A stretch of DNA of 64,000 nt from Bacteroidales bacterium (GCA_031323845.1 JAVIYP010000003.1:11007-75006), one strand, 5' to 3'; counted from the first letter of the stretch, positions 10,506 to 21,836 are shown. The notes: generated from the sequence alone by a model not told the origin. Translations and numbers: made by a program.

Positions 10506-12950
10506 TTAAGCCGGTTGTTTTGTTTTTTGGGATTCCATGCACTGGTCGACCACATCAATCATATTCTCAATATATTGAAAATCAAGACCATTCAGGTATT
10601 TCTGATTGATTTCCTCAACGTTTTTTCGGTTTTCTTCCGGAAGGATTACAGTAGTGATACCTGCGCGTTTGGCAGCCAGGATTTTTTCTTTGATACCGCC
10701 CACCGGCAGCACTTTTCCCCTGAGAGTGATTTCACCCGTCATGGCAACCCCCGGTTTCACCATTCTTTTTGTGAAGGCTGAGGCCAATGCGGCAAACATG
10801 GTGATGCCGGCCGATGGTCCGTCTTTGGGCGTTGCGCCCTCGGGTACGTGGATATGCACATGAGCGTTGGAAAACACTTTATCGTCAACGCCCAGCGCTT
10901 TGGCATGTGCTTTCAGGTATTCAAAAGCCAGGGTCGCGGATTCCTTCATTACGTCTCCTAAACTTCCGGTAAGGCTCAGGCTGCCTTTGCCTTTGCTGAT
11001 GCTTACCTCCACAAACAGCGTCTGACCGCCCGATTGCGTCCAGGCTAAGCCCGTCATGACTCCGGAAATATTTTTGAGCAGACTCTGATCGCGACTGTAC
11101 TTTGGTGCACCGAGAATGTCTTTCAGGTCAGCGGTTTGGAGGGTGGCCTCCTTGTGTTTGTCCATCACGATGTCGCGTGCCTTTGACCTGATGATCTTTG
11201 CCAGGTTTTTTTCGAGGCTTCTCACTCCTGACTCCCTGGTGTAATCCTGGATAATTTTTTCCAGCACTTTTTTGCTGAACCTGAGTTGTGTTTTCTTGAC
11301 TCCGTGAGCATCCAAAAGCCTTGGAATCAGATGGCGACGGGCAATTTCCTGTTTTTCTTCCACGATGTATCCGCTGAGGTCTATCACCTCCATGCGATCT
11401 CGAAGGGCTGGGTGTATGCCGGTCAGGGTGTTGGCCGTGGAAATGAACATGATGTTCGAAAGGTCGTATTCCACCTCCAGGTAATTGTCGTAAAAGCTGT
11501 TATTTTGCTCTGGATCAAGTACTTCAAGTAATGCTGAGGCAGGATCGCCTGAAAAACTTTTGAAACCGACCTTGTCCACTTCATCAAGAACGAAAACAGG
11601 ATTTGAAGAAGCGGCTTTTTTCAGGTTCTGGATGATTCGACCCGGCATTGCGCCCACGTAAGTCTTCCGGTGACCGCGAATCTCCGCCTCGTCACGCAGG
11701 CCGCCCAGCGACATGCGCACATACTTCCGGCCGATTGCACGTGCAATGGATTTGCCCAGGGAGGTTTTTCCCACACCGGGGGGGCCGACAAAGCAAAGAA
11801 TCGGTGATTTCATGTCGCCCTTAAGCTTAAGTACCGCCAGGTATTCAATGATGCGCTCCTTGATGGTTTCCAGTCCGTAATGGTCGCGGTCAAGGATCCG
11901 CTGTGCCTTGTGAAGGTCAAAATTGTCAGGCGTAAACTCATTCCATGGCAGATCAATCAGTGTTTCAAGGTAATTCAGATGTACCGTGTAGTCCATCGCC
12001 GCAGGATTCATGCGCTGCAAGCGGGCCACTTCTTTTTCAAATACATCTTTAACCTGTGCGCTCCACTTCTTGGTCTCAGCACGCTCCCTGAGGTCATTGA
12101 TCTGCTGCTGATGCGGGCTGCCCCCAAGTTCCTCCTGGATCGTCTTTAACTGCTGACCCAGGATATAGTCACGCTGCTGCTTGTCAATGTCAACTTTTAC
12201 CTTCGACTGTATCTGGTTTTTGAGTTCCACCACCTGAAGCTCCTTTTTGAGATGGGCAAGCACAATGTGTGCACGCGTGTTCAGGTCGGGCGTCTCAAGT
12301 AATTTCTGCTTCTCGTGCGTTTCAATATTGAGATTGCTGGAAATGAAATTGACCAAAAAGGTGGGGCTTTCTATGTTTTGCAGAGCAAAAGCTGCCTCAC
12401 TCGGCACATTGGGCGAAAGCTTGACAATTTGAATGGCCAGGTCTTTAATGGTGGCAATGAGGGCTTCGAACTTTTTGTTTTTCTTTGCCTTTTCAGGGAT
12501 TTCAAACGACTTGACGCGCGCGGTGAAATAAGGCTCCGTCTGTGTCATTTCCAACAGCTCAAAACGTTTTTTGCCCTGTATGATCACCGTAGTATTGCCA
12601 TCAGGCATCTGAAGTATTTTGATGATGTAAGCGGTGGTCCCAACCCTGTGTAAGTCTTCAAACGACGGATCTTCCTGGGCGGCATCCTTCTGGGAGATCA
12701 CGCCGATGATCCGGCTTTGCTTGTAAATTTCTCTGACCAGCTTTATGGATTTGTCACGGCTCACCGTGATGGGAATCACAACACCCGGAAATAAAACGGT
12801 GTTCTTGATCGGTAAGATCCCAAGTTCTTCAGGAATATCCTCAGCAGCCATCTGCTGTTCTTCCTCGGTAGAGAGAAGGGGAATAAATTCGCTGTCACCG
12901 TCAATATCATCACTGCCTATAAAAAAAGATTCCTTAAATAGCTTGCTCAT
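10506..12950 (-). CDS. lon: ATP-dependent Lon protease
   Basis: It has an N-terminal LON substrate domain, AAA+ Walker [10 protein letters not shown], Walker [10 protein letters not shown] and the protease motif [11 protein letters not shown] with the catalytic Ser. Length is 814 aa. Confidence 0.95.
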   Translation of the reverse strand: MSKLFKESFFIGSDDIDGDSEFIPLLSTEEEQQMAAEDIPEELGILPIKNTVLFPGVVIPITVSRDKSIKLVREIYKQSRIIGVISQKDAAQEDPSFEDLHRVGTTAYIIKILQMPDGNTTVIIQGKKRFELLEMTQTEPYFTARVKSFEIPEKAKKNKKFEALIATIKDLAIQIVKLSPNVPSEAAFALQNIESPTFLVNFISSNLNIETHEKQKLLETPDLNTRAHIVLAHLKKELQVVELKNQIQSKVKVDIDKQQRDYILGQQLKTIQEELGGSPHQQQINDLRERAETKKWSAQVKDVFEKEVARLQRMNPAAMDYTVHLNYLETLIDLPWNEFTPDNFDLHKAQRILDRDHYGLETIKERIIEYLAVLKLKGDMKSPILCFVGPPGVGKTSLGKSIARAIGRKYVRMSLGGLRDEAEIRGHRKTYVGAMPGRIIQNLKKAASSNPVFVLDEVDKVGFKSFSGDPASALLEVLDPEQNNSFYDNYLEVEYDLSNIMFISTANTLTGIHPALRDRMEVIDLSGYIVEEKQEIARRHLIPRLLDAHGVKKTQLRFSKKVLEKIIQDYTRESGVRSLEKNLAKIIRSKARDIVMDKHKEATLQTADLKDILGAPKYSRDQSLLKNISGVMTGLAWTQSGGQTLFVEVSISKGKGSLSLTGSLGDVMKESATLAFEYLKAHAKALGVDDKVFSNAHVHIHVPEGATPKDGPSAGITMFAALASAFTKRMVKPGVAMTGEITLRGKVLPVGGIKEKILAAKRAGITTVILPEENRKNVEEINQKYLNGLDFQYIENMIDVVDQCMESQKTKQPA

Positions 12951-13372
12951 ATTTTTTTAAGTCAAAATGTCATTATAAATGTAAAAAAGTCAGGCTATGT
13001 CCTGGATTCAGGTGTTCTTTATATAGCCGGATGCTCTGCAATAGTCTTATAAACAGGCTGTTAACTCATGGTCTGCCTGTTCGGGCCAATTGCTTGTAAA
13101 AGACCCATACATGGAGATCAACCAACGTGCCATAAATGCACCATCTGGCAGCATTGTTGCGGATAACTTAAGGATTGCCTGCAACAGACAGCCCAAGAAT
13201 CATCCCTGAAGTAAGCAAAGCCTGTGGTTATGGTTCCGGATGCTGACCGGCGGTACATCATGTCTTTCGGGGCAGTCGTTACGAATCACAGCAGCAAGGC
13301 GCTAACAGGTTACCATATTGGGAGGATAAACAACCTCCGCCGGTTACCCGGGATTGCCCCTGTGGCTATGGG

Positions 13373-14560
13373 TCAGAGTTTTCTAAAGGCTAAGGTATGA
13401 TCAAACACATGCCTTAGTATTCTTTCCTCAACGCTGTCGAATTCTTTGTTTCTCCTGGCATACACTCTTTTGGCCACCTGGATGGCTTTGTCGATCTCAA
13501 CGGTAGTGAATCCGGATACGCTTCCCCAGGAGAAAGAAGGGATGAAATTCCGCATAAATCCCGCGCCGAAGATCTGGGCATTAACCCCCACAACAGTACC
13601 GGTGTTAAACATGGTGTTGATGCCGCATTTGGAATGATCTCCCATGAAAGTGCCGCAGAACATCATGCCGGTACTTACGAAGCTGCCTTCAGCGTAGTCC
13701 CAGAGCCTTACTTCGTCGTAATTGTTTTTCAGGTTGCTGGTGTTGGTATCGGCCCCCAGATTACACCATTCGCCAATTACACTGTGTCCGAGAAAGCCGT
13801 CGTGGGCTTTGTTGGAATACCCGAAGATCACCGACGACATCATTTCGCCGCCCACTTTGCAGAACGGGCCGATTGATGATCCGCCGTAGATCTTGGCTCC
13901 CATGCGGACTACGCTGCCCTCGCCGATAGCGGCAGGACCTTTTATGAGTGCACCGTCCATGACGTGTGCGTTTTTGCCGACATACACAGGTCCTTCAGAG
14001 GCATTAATGAATGCCATATCCACCCTGGCACCTTCTTCAATGAAAATATTTCCGGGGTTAATGGTCCTGACGTGATCCGACAAAGGCTGGCTTTTCCTGC
14101 CTGCGGTGATTAACCGGTAATCTTCGGGCAGCTGTTGCTCGTTGAGTATGATGATATCACGAAGCTGAAAAAGTTTTTTGATACTGGTTTGGGTGTGGAC
14201 AGGTTCTTCATCTTCCAGCATTTCAAGCTCAAGATTGTTGATGTCGCTGGCCTTAACCCTGTGAGCAATCAGGATATCGCCCGATATGAGGGTTTGGTTA
14301 GGTAAAAGCCGGTTAATCTCTTCCAGCAGGGTGGGTTCGGGAAATACACTGGCGTTGATCAGAATGTTGTCTTCTTCCTTTACCAGCGGATACTTCTCTG
14401 AAAGATACGGCTCAGTTAATGTTGACGTTTTCTTGTTCAGGTATTGCTCCCATTTTTCCCGCAGGGTAAGTATGCCCACCCTGATGTCCGCAATCGGACG
14501 AATAAAGGTAAATGGTAACAAATGATTACGTGCCTGTGCGCCAAATAAGATATAATTCAT
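13373..14560 (-). CDS. GlmU-like putative sugar nucleotidyltransferase with a left-handed beta-helix C-terminal domain
   Basis: The N-terminus LLPFTFIRPIADIRVGILTLREKWE resembles the NTP_transf_4-type family. The C-terminal half has hexapeptide-like repeats (IGEGSVVRMGAKIYGGSSIGPFCKVGG). Confidence 0.65.
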   Translation of the reverse strand: MNYILFGAQARNHLLPFTFIRPIADIRVGILTLREKWEQYLNKKTSTLTEPYLSEKYPLVKEEDNILINASVFPEPTLLEEINRLLPNQTLISGDILIAHRVKASDINNLELEMLEDEEPVHTQTSIKKLFQLRDIIILNEQQLPEDYRLITAGRKSQPLSDHVRTINPGNIFIEEGARVDMAFINASEGPVYVGKNAHVMDGALIKGPAAIGEGSVVRMGAKIYGGSSIGPFCKVGGEMMSSVIFGYSNKAHDGFLGHSVIGEWCNLGADTNTSNLKNNYDEVRLWDYAEGSFVSTGMMFCGTFMGDHSKCGINTMFNTGTVVGVNAQIFGAGFMRNFIPSFSWGSVSGFTTVEIDKAIQVAKRVYARRNKEFDSVEERILRHVFDHTLAFRKL

Positions 14561-14623
14561 GGTTTGTCCTGTATGGTTGGTTCTTAAGCTGTTGTTTTGA
14601 TGTTATAAAAATAGGTAAAAAAA

Positions 14624-14657
14624 ACAAAAAAAAGCCCTCTTACAGGGCTTTTTTTGC
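14624..14657 (-). terminator. Intrinsic terminator downstream of rpmE2
   Basis: AAAGCCCT-CTTAC-AGGGCTTT forms a hairpin flanked by long A and T runs. It lies about 20 nt past the L31 stop. Confidence 0.8.
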
Positions 14658-14676
14658 ATTTTAAGAAGAAAAAGAA

Positions 14677-14940
14677 TTACTTATTCTCTTTCAGGTGCTT
14701 TTTGTATTTGGTCCTGAATTTATCCACACGCCCGGCGGTGTCAACAAGTTGCTGTTTACCGGTGTAAAATGGGTGCGAAGTGTGAGAAATCTCAAGCTTC
14801 ACCAGGGGGTATTCGTTACCGTCTTCCCACTTAATGGTTTCTTTGCTTGTGGCTGTAGAGCGTGTCAGAAAGCTGTACTCGTTTGACATATCCTGGAATA
14901 CGACAAAACGATAGTTTTTGGGATGGATATCAGGTTTCAT
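14677..14940 (-). CDS. rpmE2: 50S ribosomal protein L31, type B
   Basis: [10 protein letters not shown]...SHPFYTG is the L31 signature. It lacks the CxxC zinc motif and has the length (87 aa) of the type B form. Confidence 0.9.
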   Translation of the reverse strand: MKPDIHPKNYRFVVFQDMSNEYSFLTRSTATSKETIKWEDGNEYPLVKLEISHTSHPFYTGKQQLVDTAGRVDKFRTKYKKHLKENK

Positions 14941-15012
14941 CAGTCTGTGTGTTTGTTGTGATTTTTTTGCCGCCCGGTGGCAGCAGGATTATCTGTTGTT
15001 TTTTTCGGACTG

Positions 15013-15020
15013 CAAAGATA
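15013..15020 (-). promoter_or_regulatory. -7 promoter box TATCTTTG upstream of rpmE2
   Basis: The reverse complement of CAAAGATA matches TAnnTTTG. It lies about 72 nt upstream of the ATG at 14940. Confidence 0.45.
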
Positions 15021-15085
15021 GTGTTTTTTTTAGAAAGTCAATATCCTTATTAAAGAATATTATTTTCCCTTTCGGGGAAGGTCCA

Positions 15086-16333
15086 TTAATCCAGTTTATT
15101 CACAACCAGCCCGCTTCTCAGCTTGGGTTCGAACCAGGTGGTTTTGGGTGGCATGATGTTGCCGGTATCGGCAATGTCCATCAGCTGTTTCATAGTCACA
15201 GGATAAAGGGAAAAGGCCAGCTGCATCTCACCGCTGTCCACGCGGCGCTTCAGCTCTTCAAGTCCACGGATGCCCCCCACAAAATCAATGCGTTTGTCCG
15301 TACGGAGGTTTTTTATGCCAAGCACGGGTTCAAGCACCGACCTCGACAGTATGGTAACGTCCAGAACGCCGATGGGGTCGTTGTCGTCGTAGGTGTGCGG
15401 AAGGGCTTTCAAGGCATACCACTCACCGTCAAGGTACATGCTCATCACATGCAGGGCTCCGGGTTTAAAAGGGGTGGCGCCCATGTTCTGAATCTCAAAA
15501 TCCTTTTCAAGCTTCTTGAGGAAATTTGCCTTGTCGAGGCCGTTCAGGTCTTTGACCACCCTGTTGTAGTCAATAATGGTCAGCTGGTTGTCAGGGAACA
15601 GCACAGCCATGAAATAGTTGTAAGGCTCCTGCCCGGTATGAGCGGGGTTTTGTTCTCTCTTTTCTTTACCAACGAGGGCGGCGGCAGCCGTGCGATGATG
15701 GCCGTCGGCAACATAGAAATACCGGACGTCTGTAAAAAGTTGCTCCAGTTTGCTGATCGTTGCATCGTTCTCGATGACCCAGAAGTGATGCCCGAAACCA
15801 TCATCTGCAACAAAATCATAGAGCGGAGGAGCGGCTTCCACCACCTCTGCCACAATGGCATCAATGGCATCCACCTGGGGATACGTGAAAAAAACGGGCT
15901 CGGCATTCGCATTGGTAATGCGGACATGCTTCATGCGATCCTCCTCTTTATCTGGACGGGTGAGCTCATGCTTCTTAATAATGTCGTTCAGATAATCCTC
16001 TACACCGGCGCAGCCCACAATGCCGTACTGTGTCTTTTTGTTCCAGGTCTGTGCATAGACATAATAGTGCGGTTTTGTATCCCGGACCAGGTAGCCCTTG
16101 CTGATGAACTTTTCAAAATTCTCCTTCGCCTTGTCGTAGACCTGCTGCGAATACAGGTCTGTGTCTTCGGGAAGCTCGATTTCCGGTTTCACCACGCGCA
16201 AAAAGGAGTACGGGTTGTTGCCGGCTTCCTGTCGCGCCTCTTCTGAGTTTAATACATCATAAGGCCGTGAAGCCAGGTCTTTAACTAGTTCAGCAGGAGG
16301 TCTGTACCCCCTGAAAGGTTTTAAAATTGCCAT
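15086..16333 (-). CDS. DUF1015 family protein
   Basis: The N-terminus MAILKPFRGYRP and the internal ADGHHR motif are what I recall for DUF1015. Length is 415 aa, and it lies upstream of serA-serC on the same strand. Confidence 0.7.
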   Translation of the reverse strand: MAILKPFRGYRPPAELVKDLASRPYDVLNSEEARQEAGNNPYSFLRVVKPEIELPEDTDLYSQQVYDKAKENFEKFISKGYLVRDTKPHYYVYAQTWNKKTQYGIVGCAGVEDYLNDIIKKHELTRPDKEEDRMKHVRITNANAEPVFFTYPQVDAIDAIVAEVVEAAPPLYDFVADDGFGHHFWVIENDATISKLEQLFTDVRYFYVADGHHRTAAAALVGKEKREQNPAHTGQEPYNYFMAVLFPDNQLTIIDYNRVVKDLNGLDKANFLKKLEKDFEIQNMGATPFKPGALHVMSMYLDGEWYALKALPHTYDDNDPIGVLDVTILSRSVLEPVLGIKNLRTDKRIDFVGGIRGLEELKRRVDSGEMQLAFSLYPVTMKQLMDIADTGNIMPPKTTWFEPKLRSGLVVNKLD

Positions 16334-16518
16334 TTTCGTTCAGTAATAATTAAAATATTTATAACTGTAATTATTCGCTTCTCAATTCAGATCAACAATA
16401 TATTATTGAAATGAGGACAGGGGTGTTCAGTCAAACCGGGAATATCGTTTTGCAGAAAACCCCTGACTCCTGACGTTCAATCATGATTTGTTTTAAGCAA
16501 GGTGCAAATGATCCTGAG

Positions 16519-17439
16519 TTAATTCACTTTAAAGGTGTCATCGCCTTTCTCCAGGAAGTTGACGATTTGCGTGGCAGCGGCAATTCCTGCATTGATGTTG
16601 GCTTCTGCGGTTTGCGCGCCCATTTTTTTGGCGGTAAACACATAGCGCCCAGGATATTTTTCCTCGACCTCTCCGCGGCAATCCGGGGCAACATCCGAAA
16701 GATACACGAAATCGCTGCGCTCTTCCATAAGTTTCAGAAGGCCTTCCTCATCCATCACTTCCTTACGTGCGGTGTTCACCAGGGTGCCGCCTTTGGGCAT
16801 GAGGTTCAGCAGGTCGTAGCCGATCGACTTTTTTGTTTGCTCGTTCGCAGGAATATTTAGCGAAATGTACCGGCAGGTGCTGTAGAGCTCTTCGGCTGAC
16901 GCCAGGGGGGTGATCCCGTCTTTTTTGATATCCTCATCTTTCACAAAGGGATCATACGCATACAGTTCCATGCCAAAACCTTTGGCAATTTCCGCTACGA
17001 ACTTGCCCACGTTGCCATAGGCGTGGATGCCCAGCTTTTTGCCGCGCAGCTCACTGCCTGACTTACCGTTAAAGGCATTTCTTACCTGGTACAGCATCAT
17101 GCCGAAAGCGAGTTCCGCCACGGCGTTTGAATTTTGTCCGGGTGTGTTCATGGCCACAACACCCGCTTTGGTGCAAGCCTCCAGGTCAATGTTGTCGAAA
17201 CCTGCACCGGCCCTGACGATCACCTTCAACGCTCCGGCTGCACCGATAATATCGGCAGTGGCTTTGTCGCTGCGGATGATCATGGCATCCACGTCGGCGG
17301 CAGCCTGCTTCCATTCGTCGGCTGAAGCATATTTTTCCAGCAGGATCGTTTCGTAACCGGCTTTGTCGAACACCTTTCGGATGCCGTCAACGGCTACGGG
17401 AGCAAATGGCTTCTCAGTTGCTATCAATACTTTTTTCAT
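16519..17439 (-). CDS. serA: D-3-phosphoglycerate dehydrogenase (short form, D-2-hydroxyacid dehydrogenase family)
   Basis: It has the NAD-binding motif GIHAYGNVGKFVA and the D-isomer 2-hydroxyacid dehydrogenase layout. It lies directly upstream of serC. Confidence 0.8.
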   Translation of the reverse strand: MKKVLIATEKPFAPVAVDGIRKVFDKAGYETILLEKYASADEWKQAAADVDAMIIRSDKATADIIGAAGALKVIVRAGAGFDNIDLEACTKAGVVAMNTPGQNSNAVAELAFGMMLYQVRNAFNGKSGSELRGKKLGIHAYGNVGKFVAEIAKGFGMELYAYDPFVKDEDIKKDGITPLASAEELYSTCRYISLNIPANEQTKKSIGYDLLNLMPKGGTLVNTARKEVMDEEGLLKLMEERSDFVYLSDVAPDCRGEVEEKYPGRYVFTAKKMGAQTAEANINAGIAAATQIVNFLEKGDDTFKVN

Positions 17440-17571
17440 AATACAAACTTTTAAGGTTTATAGCTATGCGGCCGCAGAAACACAGGTTGATGTTGCCGGC
17501 ATATTTGCTGTGCCGGAACGGCTTTAAAGCAAGTCAAAACGGTGATTCTGCAGCCGGTAATACAGTTAAAT

Positions 17572-18645
17572 TTATTTTGCGTGTGTTTTTTCAAACTCCT
17601 GCATGACGTCAATCAGTGCCTGAACGCTCTCTTTTGGCATGGCATTGTATGTTGACGCCCTGAAGCCGCCTACCGACCGGTGGCCTTTGAGTCCGATCAT
17701 GCCCTTGCCTGTGGCAAACTCCAGGAAGGCCTTCTCCAGCTCCTGGTACTCGGGCTGCATCACAAAGCAGATGTTCATGATGGAACGGCTGTCGGCTGCA
17801 GCTGTGCCGACAAACAATTTGTTCCTGTTGATCTCGTCATAAAGCAGCGTGGCTTTTTCCTGGTTCATCTTCTGCATCACACCGACACCGCCCAGCTTCT
17901 TAAGCCAGCGGAGTGTTTCCATGCAGGTGTAAATGGGTAAGCACGGAGGGGTATTAAACATCGACCCGTTTTCGATGTGCGTCTCATATTTGAGCATGGT
18001 GGGAATGTAACGGTCAACCTTACCGAGCAGGTCATCGCGAATGATGATGAAGGTTGCACCGGCAGGGCCAAGGTTCTTCTGAGCACCACCGTAGATCATG
18101 CCGTATTTTGAGATGTCAACGGGGCGGCTGAAAATGTCCGAACTCATATCCGCGATAAGCGGCACAGGACTGTCATAATCCTCGAAGATCTCCGTTCCGA
18201 AAATGGTATTGTTGGTGGTGATGTGAAAGTAGTCGGCGTCGGCGGGAATGGTAAAGCCTTTGGGAATGTAGTTGAAGTTCTTGTCAGCCGAGGATGCCAC
18301 TACGTCAACTTCTCCAAAGCCTTTGGCTTCCTTAATGGCTTTTTTCGCCCAGGTGCCTGTTTCCAGGTAGGCCGCTTTTTTATTCATCAGGTTATAGGGG
18401 ATCATGCAGAATTGCAGGCTCGCACCTCCTCCGAGAAACAATACATGATAGTTGTCAGGAATATCCAGCAACTCTTTGAACAGCGCTACGGTTTCATCCA
18501 TGACGGCCTGGAAATCTTTGCCGCGATGGGAAAGCTCCATTACCGACAATCCAATACCGTTGAGGTCTAACACCGCCTTTGCAGTGTTTTCAATTACTTC
18601 CTTTGCCAAAATTGAAGGTCCGGCACTAAAATTATGTTTTTTCAT
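17572..18645 (-). CDS. serC: Phosphoserine aminotransferase
   Basis: [17 protein letters not shown] is the typical SerC N-terminus. It has a class V aminotransferase layout with [11 protein letters not shown], and is 357 aa long. Confidence 0.9.
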   Translation of the reverse strand: MKKHNFSAGPSILAKEVIENTAKAVLDLNGIGLSVMELSHRGKDFQAVMDETVALFKELLDIPDNYHVLFLGGGASLQFCMIPYNLMNKKAAYLETGTWAKKAIKEAKGFGEVDVVASSADKNFNYIPKGFTIPADADYFHITTNNTIFGTEIFEDYDSPVPLIADMSSDIFSRPVDISKYGMIYGGAQKNLGPAGATFIIIRDDLLGKVDRYIPTMLKYETHIENGSMFNTPPCLPIYTCMETLRWLKKLGGVGVMQKMNQEKATLLYDEINRNKLFVGTAAADSRSIMNICFVMQPEYQELEKAFLEFATGKGMIGLKGHRSVGGFRASTYNAMPKESVQALIDVMQEFEKTHAK

Positions 18646-18949
18646 AGTGATGGTATTTTGATGGTTATTGAAAAATGTTGTTAAACATTGTAAAATGCGC
18701 TGCTGTCCTTACCAGTCCACCAAAGGGATCAAACCAACAAGGAAATCGTTTGAATAAAAAAGTTAACCGGAAAATTCTGGTTGCCCACTTTGTTGCAAGA
18801 TGCAACTTTTTTTCCTAATTTACTGCAAAAATGGCAAAATAAAACAAGAGGCAAAAGAAAAACGTCAATTTTATTTTTCAAAGTATATCTTTATACCTGC
18901 AATCGTGCACAGCACTAACATGTAAACCTGGATTGGTAAGGTTTTTATC

Positions 18950-20032
18950 ATGCATACAGTCGTTGCTCAGCGCATACATGCTTTTGTAAAACTTGGGGAA
19001 AGCCTCAGGCGCATTGCGGATGTTCTTTCGGAAGAAAACCACCCCGAAGTTCTTTCTGTGGGAGAAAGACATCTTTTTGATGTGAGCCTGAAGAGCGAAC
19101 AGCTCAACCCCTGGTTCGCCCGCCGTGAAATTGCCCGCACATTCAGGGCCCTGGCTTTTATGCTTGGCAAAGATGCCCTGCACGAATGGGTCGGCAGATA
19201 CCCGGCCTTCAGCAAAGGCTTGCCCCGTGAAAAAAAAGTGGCGGTCATCATGGCCGGCAATATCCCGTTGGTGGGTTTTCACGATTTTTTGTGCGTAGTC
19301 CTCAGTGGGCATGGCTTTACCGGTAAATTATCCTCACAAGACAGCCTGCTGCCGCCCGCACTTTCGGAACTGCTTGTCTCCTATCTGCCTGCGCTGCAAT
19401 CCAGGATACGTTTTACAAACAATGATGTTGCAGAAGCGGATGCCATAATTGCCACCGGAAGCGACAATACCGCCCGTTATTTTGAGTACCGCTATGCGGA
19501 TAAGCCCTGCATCATCAGGAAAAACCGCAATTCAGCAGCGGTGATCACTGGCCGTGAAACTATGGAGCAACTGCAAAGTCTCGGTGAGGATGTTTTTGCC
19601 TATTACGGCCGCGGATGCCGCAGCGTTTCCCTGATGATGCTTCCGGCATCATACGACATACAACGTCTTAAACAAGCCTGGTCTACCTGCAGTCATGTGC
19701 TGATGAATAAAAAGTACAGGAACAACCTCAGGTACAACCGTGCATTCTTTAATGCCGCCGGCAGGCCTTTTCACGACTTGCCGGGTTGTCTTCTGGTGAA
19801 TGACGGGCGGCCGGATTCGCCGGTTTCCGTTTTGCACGCTTCTCAATATAAAGATATAGCTGAAGCGGAAGCCCGCCTGCACCTCATGCAATCGTCGCTG
19901 CAATGTGTGGTTTGCGCCGAGGACATCAACGCGGGTGAGGTGCCGGTTTGCAAACCCGGACAGGCACAGTACCCAAGGGCGAGTGATTATGCTGACGGGA
20001 CAGACACCATGCTGTTCCTCTCAGGGCTTTAA
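18950..20032 (+). CDS. Acyl-CoA reductase (LuxC-like) family protein
   Basis: The VAVIMAGNIPLVGFHDFLCVVLSGH region resembles the LuxC-type acyl-CoA reductase family common in Bacteroidota. Length is 360 aa. Confidence 0.6.
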   Translation: MHTVVAQRIHAFVKLGESLRRIADVLSEENHPEVLSVGERHLFDVSLKSEQLNPWFARREIARTFRALAFMLGKDALHEWVGRYPAFSKGLPREKKVAVIMAGNIPLVGFHDFLCVVLSGHGFTGKLSSQDSLLPPALSELLVSYLPALQSRIRFTNNDVAEADAIIATGSDNTARYFEYRYADKPCIIRKNRNSAAVITGRETMEQLQSLGEDVFAYYGRGCRSVSLMMLPASYDIQRLKQAWSTCSHVLMNKKYRNNLRYNRAFFNAAGRPFHDLPGCLLVNDGRPDSPVSVLHASQYKDIAEAEARLHLMQSSLQCVVCAEDINAGEVPVCKPGQAQYPRASDYADGTDTMLFLSGL

Positions 20033-20114
20033 AGGCGGTGCTTCACAACAGGCGGATGTTAGCCAGGCGCAGCACGGCCGGATATGTTCCGGCTGCCTGT
20101 GGGGTTTTTCTGCT

Positions 20115-20840
20115 TCAGGCTGTTGGGAACAGCTGGCGGCTGAAGCTGATGATCACCATCAGGAGGCTTACGGCAATGGCGATGCCTGCGGCAATCACAA
20201 TGGAAGGAACATCCTGCTGCCGTTTCAGGATGATGCCTGTGAATGCCCATATAACGGCCAGTCCGGCGAATGGGTTTTCCAGCTTATAAACCACGGCAGC
20301 CGTGATCAGGCATCCCGCAGCAATCATTACTATTGTCCATACTTCATCCGGGATGCCCCATCCTCCCCACTGGTATTTGACCAGCAAGACCGTTACATTG
20401 GCAATGGTGGCGATGCAGATCCACCCCAGGTAAATACCGAAAACAGCCCTGCTTAGTCCTGCAGGGAAAGGCATCAGCTTCTGGTTGATGACCACAAGGG
20501 TGGCCAGCAGGGCGAGCATAAGGATCAGTGACCAGAACATGCGGTCGTAATGCCAGGCAAAGATCCAGGTGGCGTTCAGCACACAGCTCAGCGCAAAAAG
20601 CCAGCCCAGTGCAGCGATCATTTGCTTGTTTTCTTCACGGAACTGCAACAGGACGAAGACCATCAGCATCAGGTAAATAATACCCCAGATAGAGAAAGTG
20701 ATGCCGGCCGGAGCAAAGAGGTTCGGATAGGCTGCGGATATTTGTCCGGTGGTTTTTCCGTTGATGGGCAAGGCATTGGCCAGGTAGTTTACAAAAACCA
20801 TCAGTGCAAAGGCGAGAATGTTGATGTACTTGATTGGCAT
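20115..20840 (-). CDS. Polytopic membrane protein, TspO/MBR-related
   Basis: The N-terminus NYLANALPINGKTTGQISAAYPNLFAPAGITFSIWGIIYLML resembles proteins annotated as the tryptophan-rich sensory protein family. It is Trp-rich and has multiple predicted TM helices. Confidence 0.45.
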   Translation of the reverse strand: MPIKYINILAFALMVFVNYLANALPINGKTTGQISAAYPNLFAPAGITFSIWGIIYLMLMVFVLLQFREENKQMIAALGWLFALSCVLNATWIFAWHYDRMFWSLILMLALLATLVVINQKLMPFPAGLSRAVFGIYLGWICIATIANVTVLLVKYQWGGWGIPDEVWTIVMIAAGCLITAAVVYKLENPFAGLAVIWAFTGIILKRQQDVPSIVIAAGIAIAVSLLMVIISFSRQLFPTA

Positions 20841-20891
20841 GGGATGTGTGTTTTGAATGCTTGAGGGTGTGTGACTGAATGTTGATGATGC

Positions 20892-21821
20892 TTACTCCGG
20901 TAATTCGACAACGGCCTCCTTGTCATCAGTAATCAGAACGGCATTGCCTTTGGGCGTGATGCCGTGCCCGAACTTGTTGGCCCATTGTCGTGTAAATTCG
21001 GCGCCAAACAGCAGGATCAGCGCCACATAGGATGTCCAGATCAGGATGAGGATGATGGCCCCTGCAGCGCCGTAAACGGATGCCGGGCTGAATTTGCTGA
21101 AGTACATACTGAGGCCGTATTGCCCTATGGCGAACAACACGGCAGTAAGGAATGCCCCTATCCACACCGATCGCCAGCGTATAATGGCATCCGGCAGAAT
21201 TTTAAACATCAGGGCAAATAAGGTGGTGGTTACCAGCAATGAAAGGGCATAATGTGTCAGGGTTACCAGGGGTGAACCCAGCGTGGGCCAGTGCGTAACG
21301 AGCCAGTCGCCCAAAACAGCAAGTAAAGAAGTGACGATAAACGACACCAGCAGCAAAAAGCCAATGGCAAGAACCAGTCCAAACGACAGCAGCCGGTCTT
21401 TTACATACTTGAGAAAGGCTTGTTTTGGCTTGGGCATGACACCCCATATTCGGTTCAGGGAGAGTTGCAAGTGGTAAAAAACGGAGGTGGCCCCAAACAG
21501 CAGCAGGCCAATGCCGATAAGCATAGCCGTGGTTGAAGAGCCGGTTTGCGCAGCATTCGCAATCATGATCTCAACAGAGCGGGCGGTTTCCTTTCCGATC
21601 ATGGCGCTGATTTGAGCCGACAGCTCTTTGGCTACGGCATCTTCGCCAAAAAAATACCCTGATATAACAATGATGATCAACAAGAGGGCAGGTAAAGAAA
21701 AAATGGAGTAATAGGCCAGGATGGCACTCTGACGCCAGGGACCGGCCTCATTCCAGTGAATGGCGGTCTTTTTTACAACCTCCCACAGGTCTTTTGTAAC
21801 GTTTACGGATAGGCCCATCAT
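20892..21821 (-). CDS. YihY/BrkB family membrane protein
   Basis: The AILAYYSIFSLPALLLII motif, six hydrophobic segments and a length of 309 aa fit this family. Confidence 0.75.
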   Translation of the reverse strand: MMGLSVNVTKDLWEVVKKTAIHWNEAGPWRQSAILAYYSIFSLPALLLIIIVISGYFFGEDAVAKELSAQISAMIGKETARSVEIMIANAAQTGSSTTAMLIGIGLLLFGATSVFYHLQLSLNRIWGVMPKPKQAFLKYVKDRLLSFGLVLAIGFLLLVSFIVTSLLAVLGDWLVTHWPTLGSPLVTLTHYALSLLVTTTLFALMFKILPDAIIRWRSVWIGAFLTAVLFAIGQYGLSMYFSKFSPASVYGAAGAIILILIWTSYVALILLFGAEFTRQWANKFGHGITPKGNAVLITDDKEAVVELPE

Positions 21822-21836
21822 TTTACTCTTTAAAGC

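Noticed and set aside
14918-16246. A 442-aa plus-strand ORF.
   Set aside because: It lies entirely antisense to the well-supported DUF1015 gene (15086-16333). Its translation is low-information (runs of V, G, H and L) with no motif. It is a typical shadow ORF.
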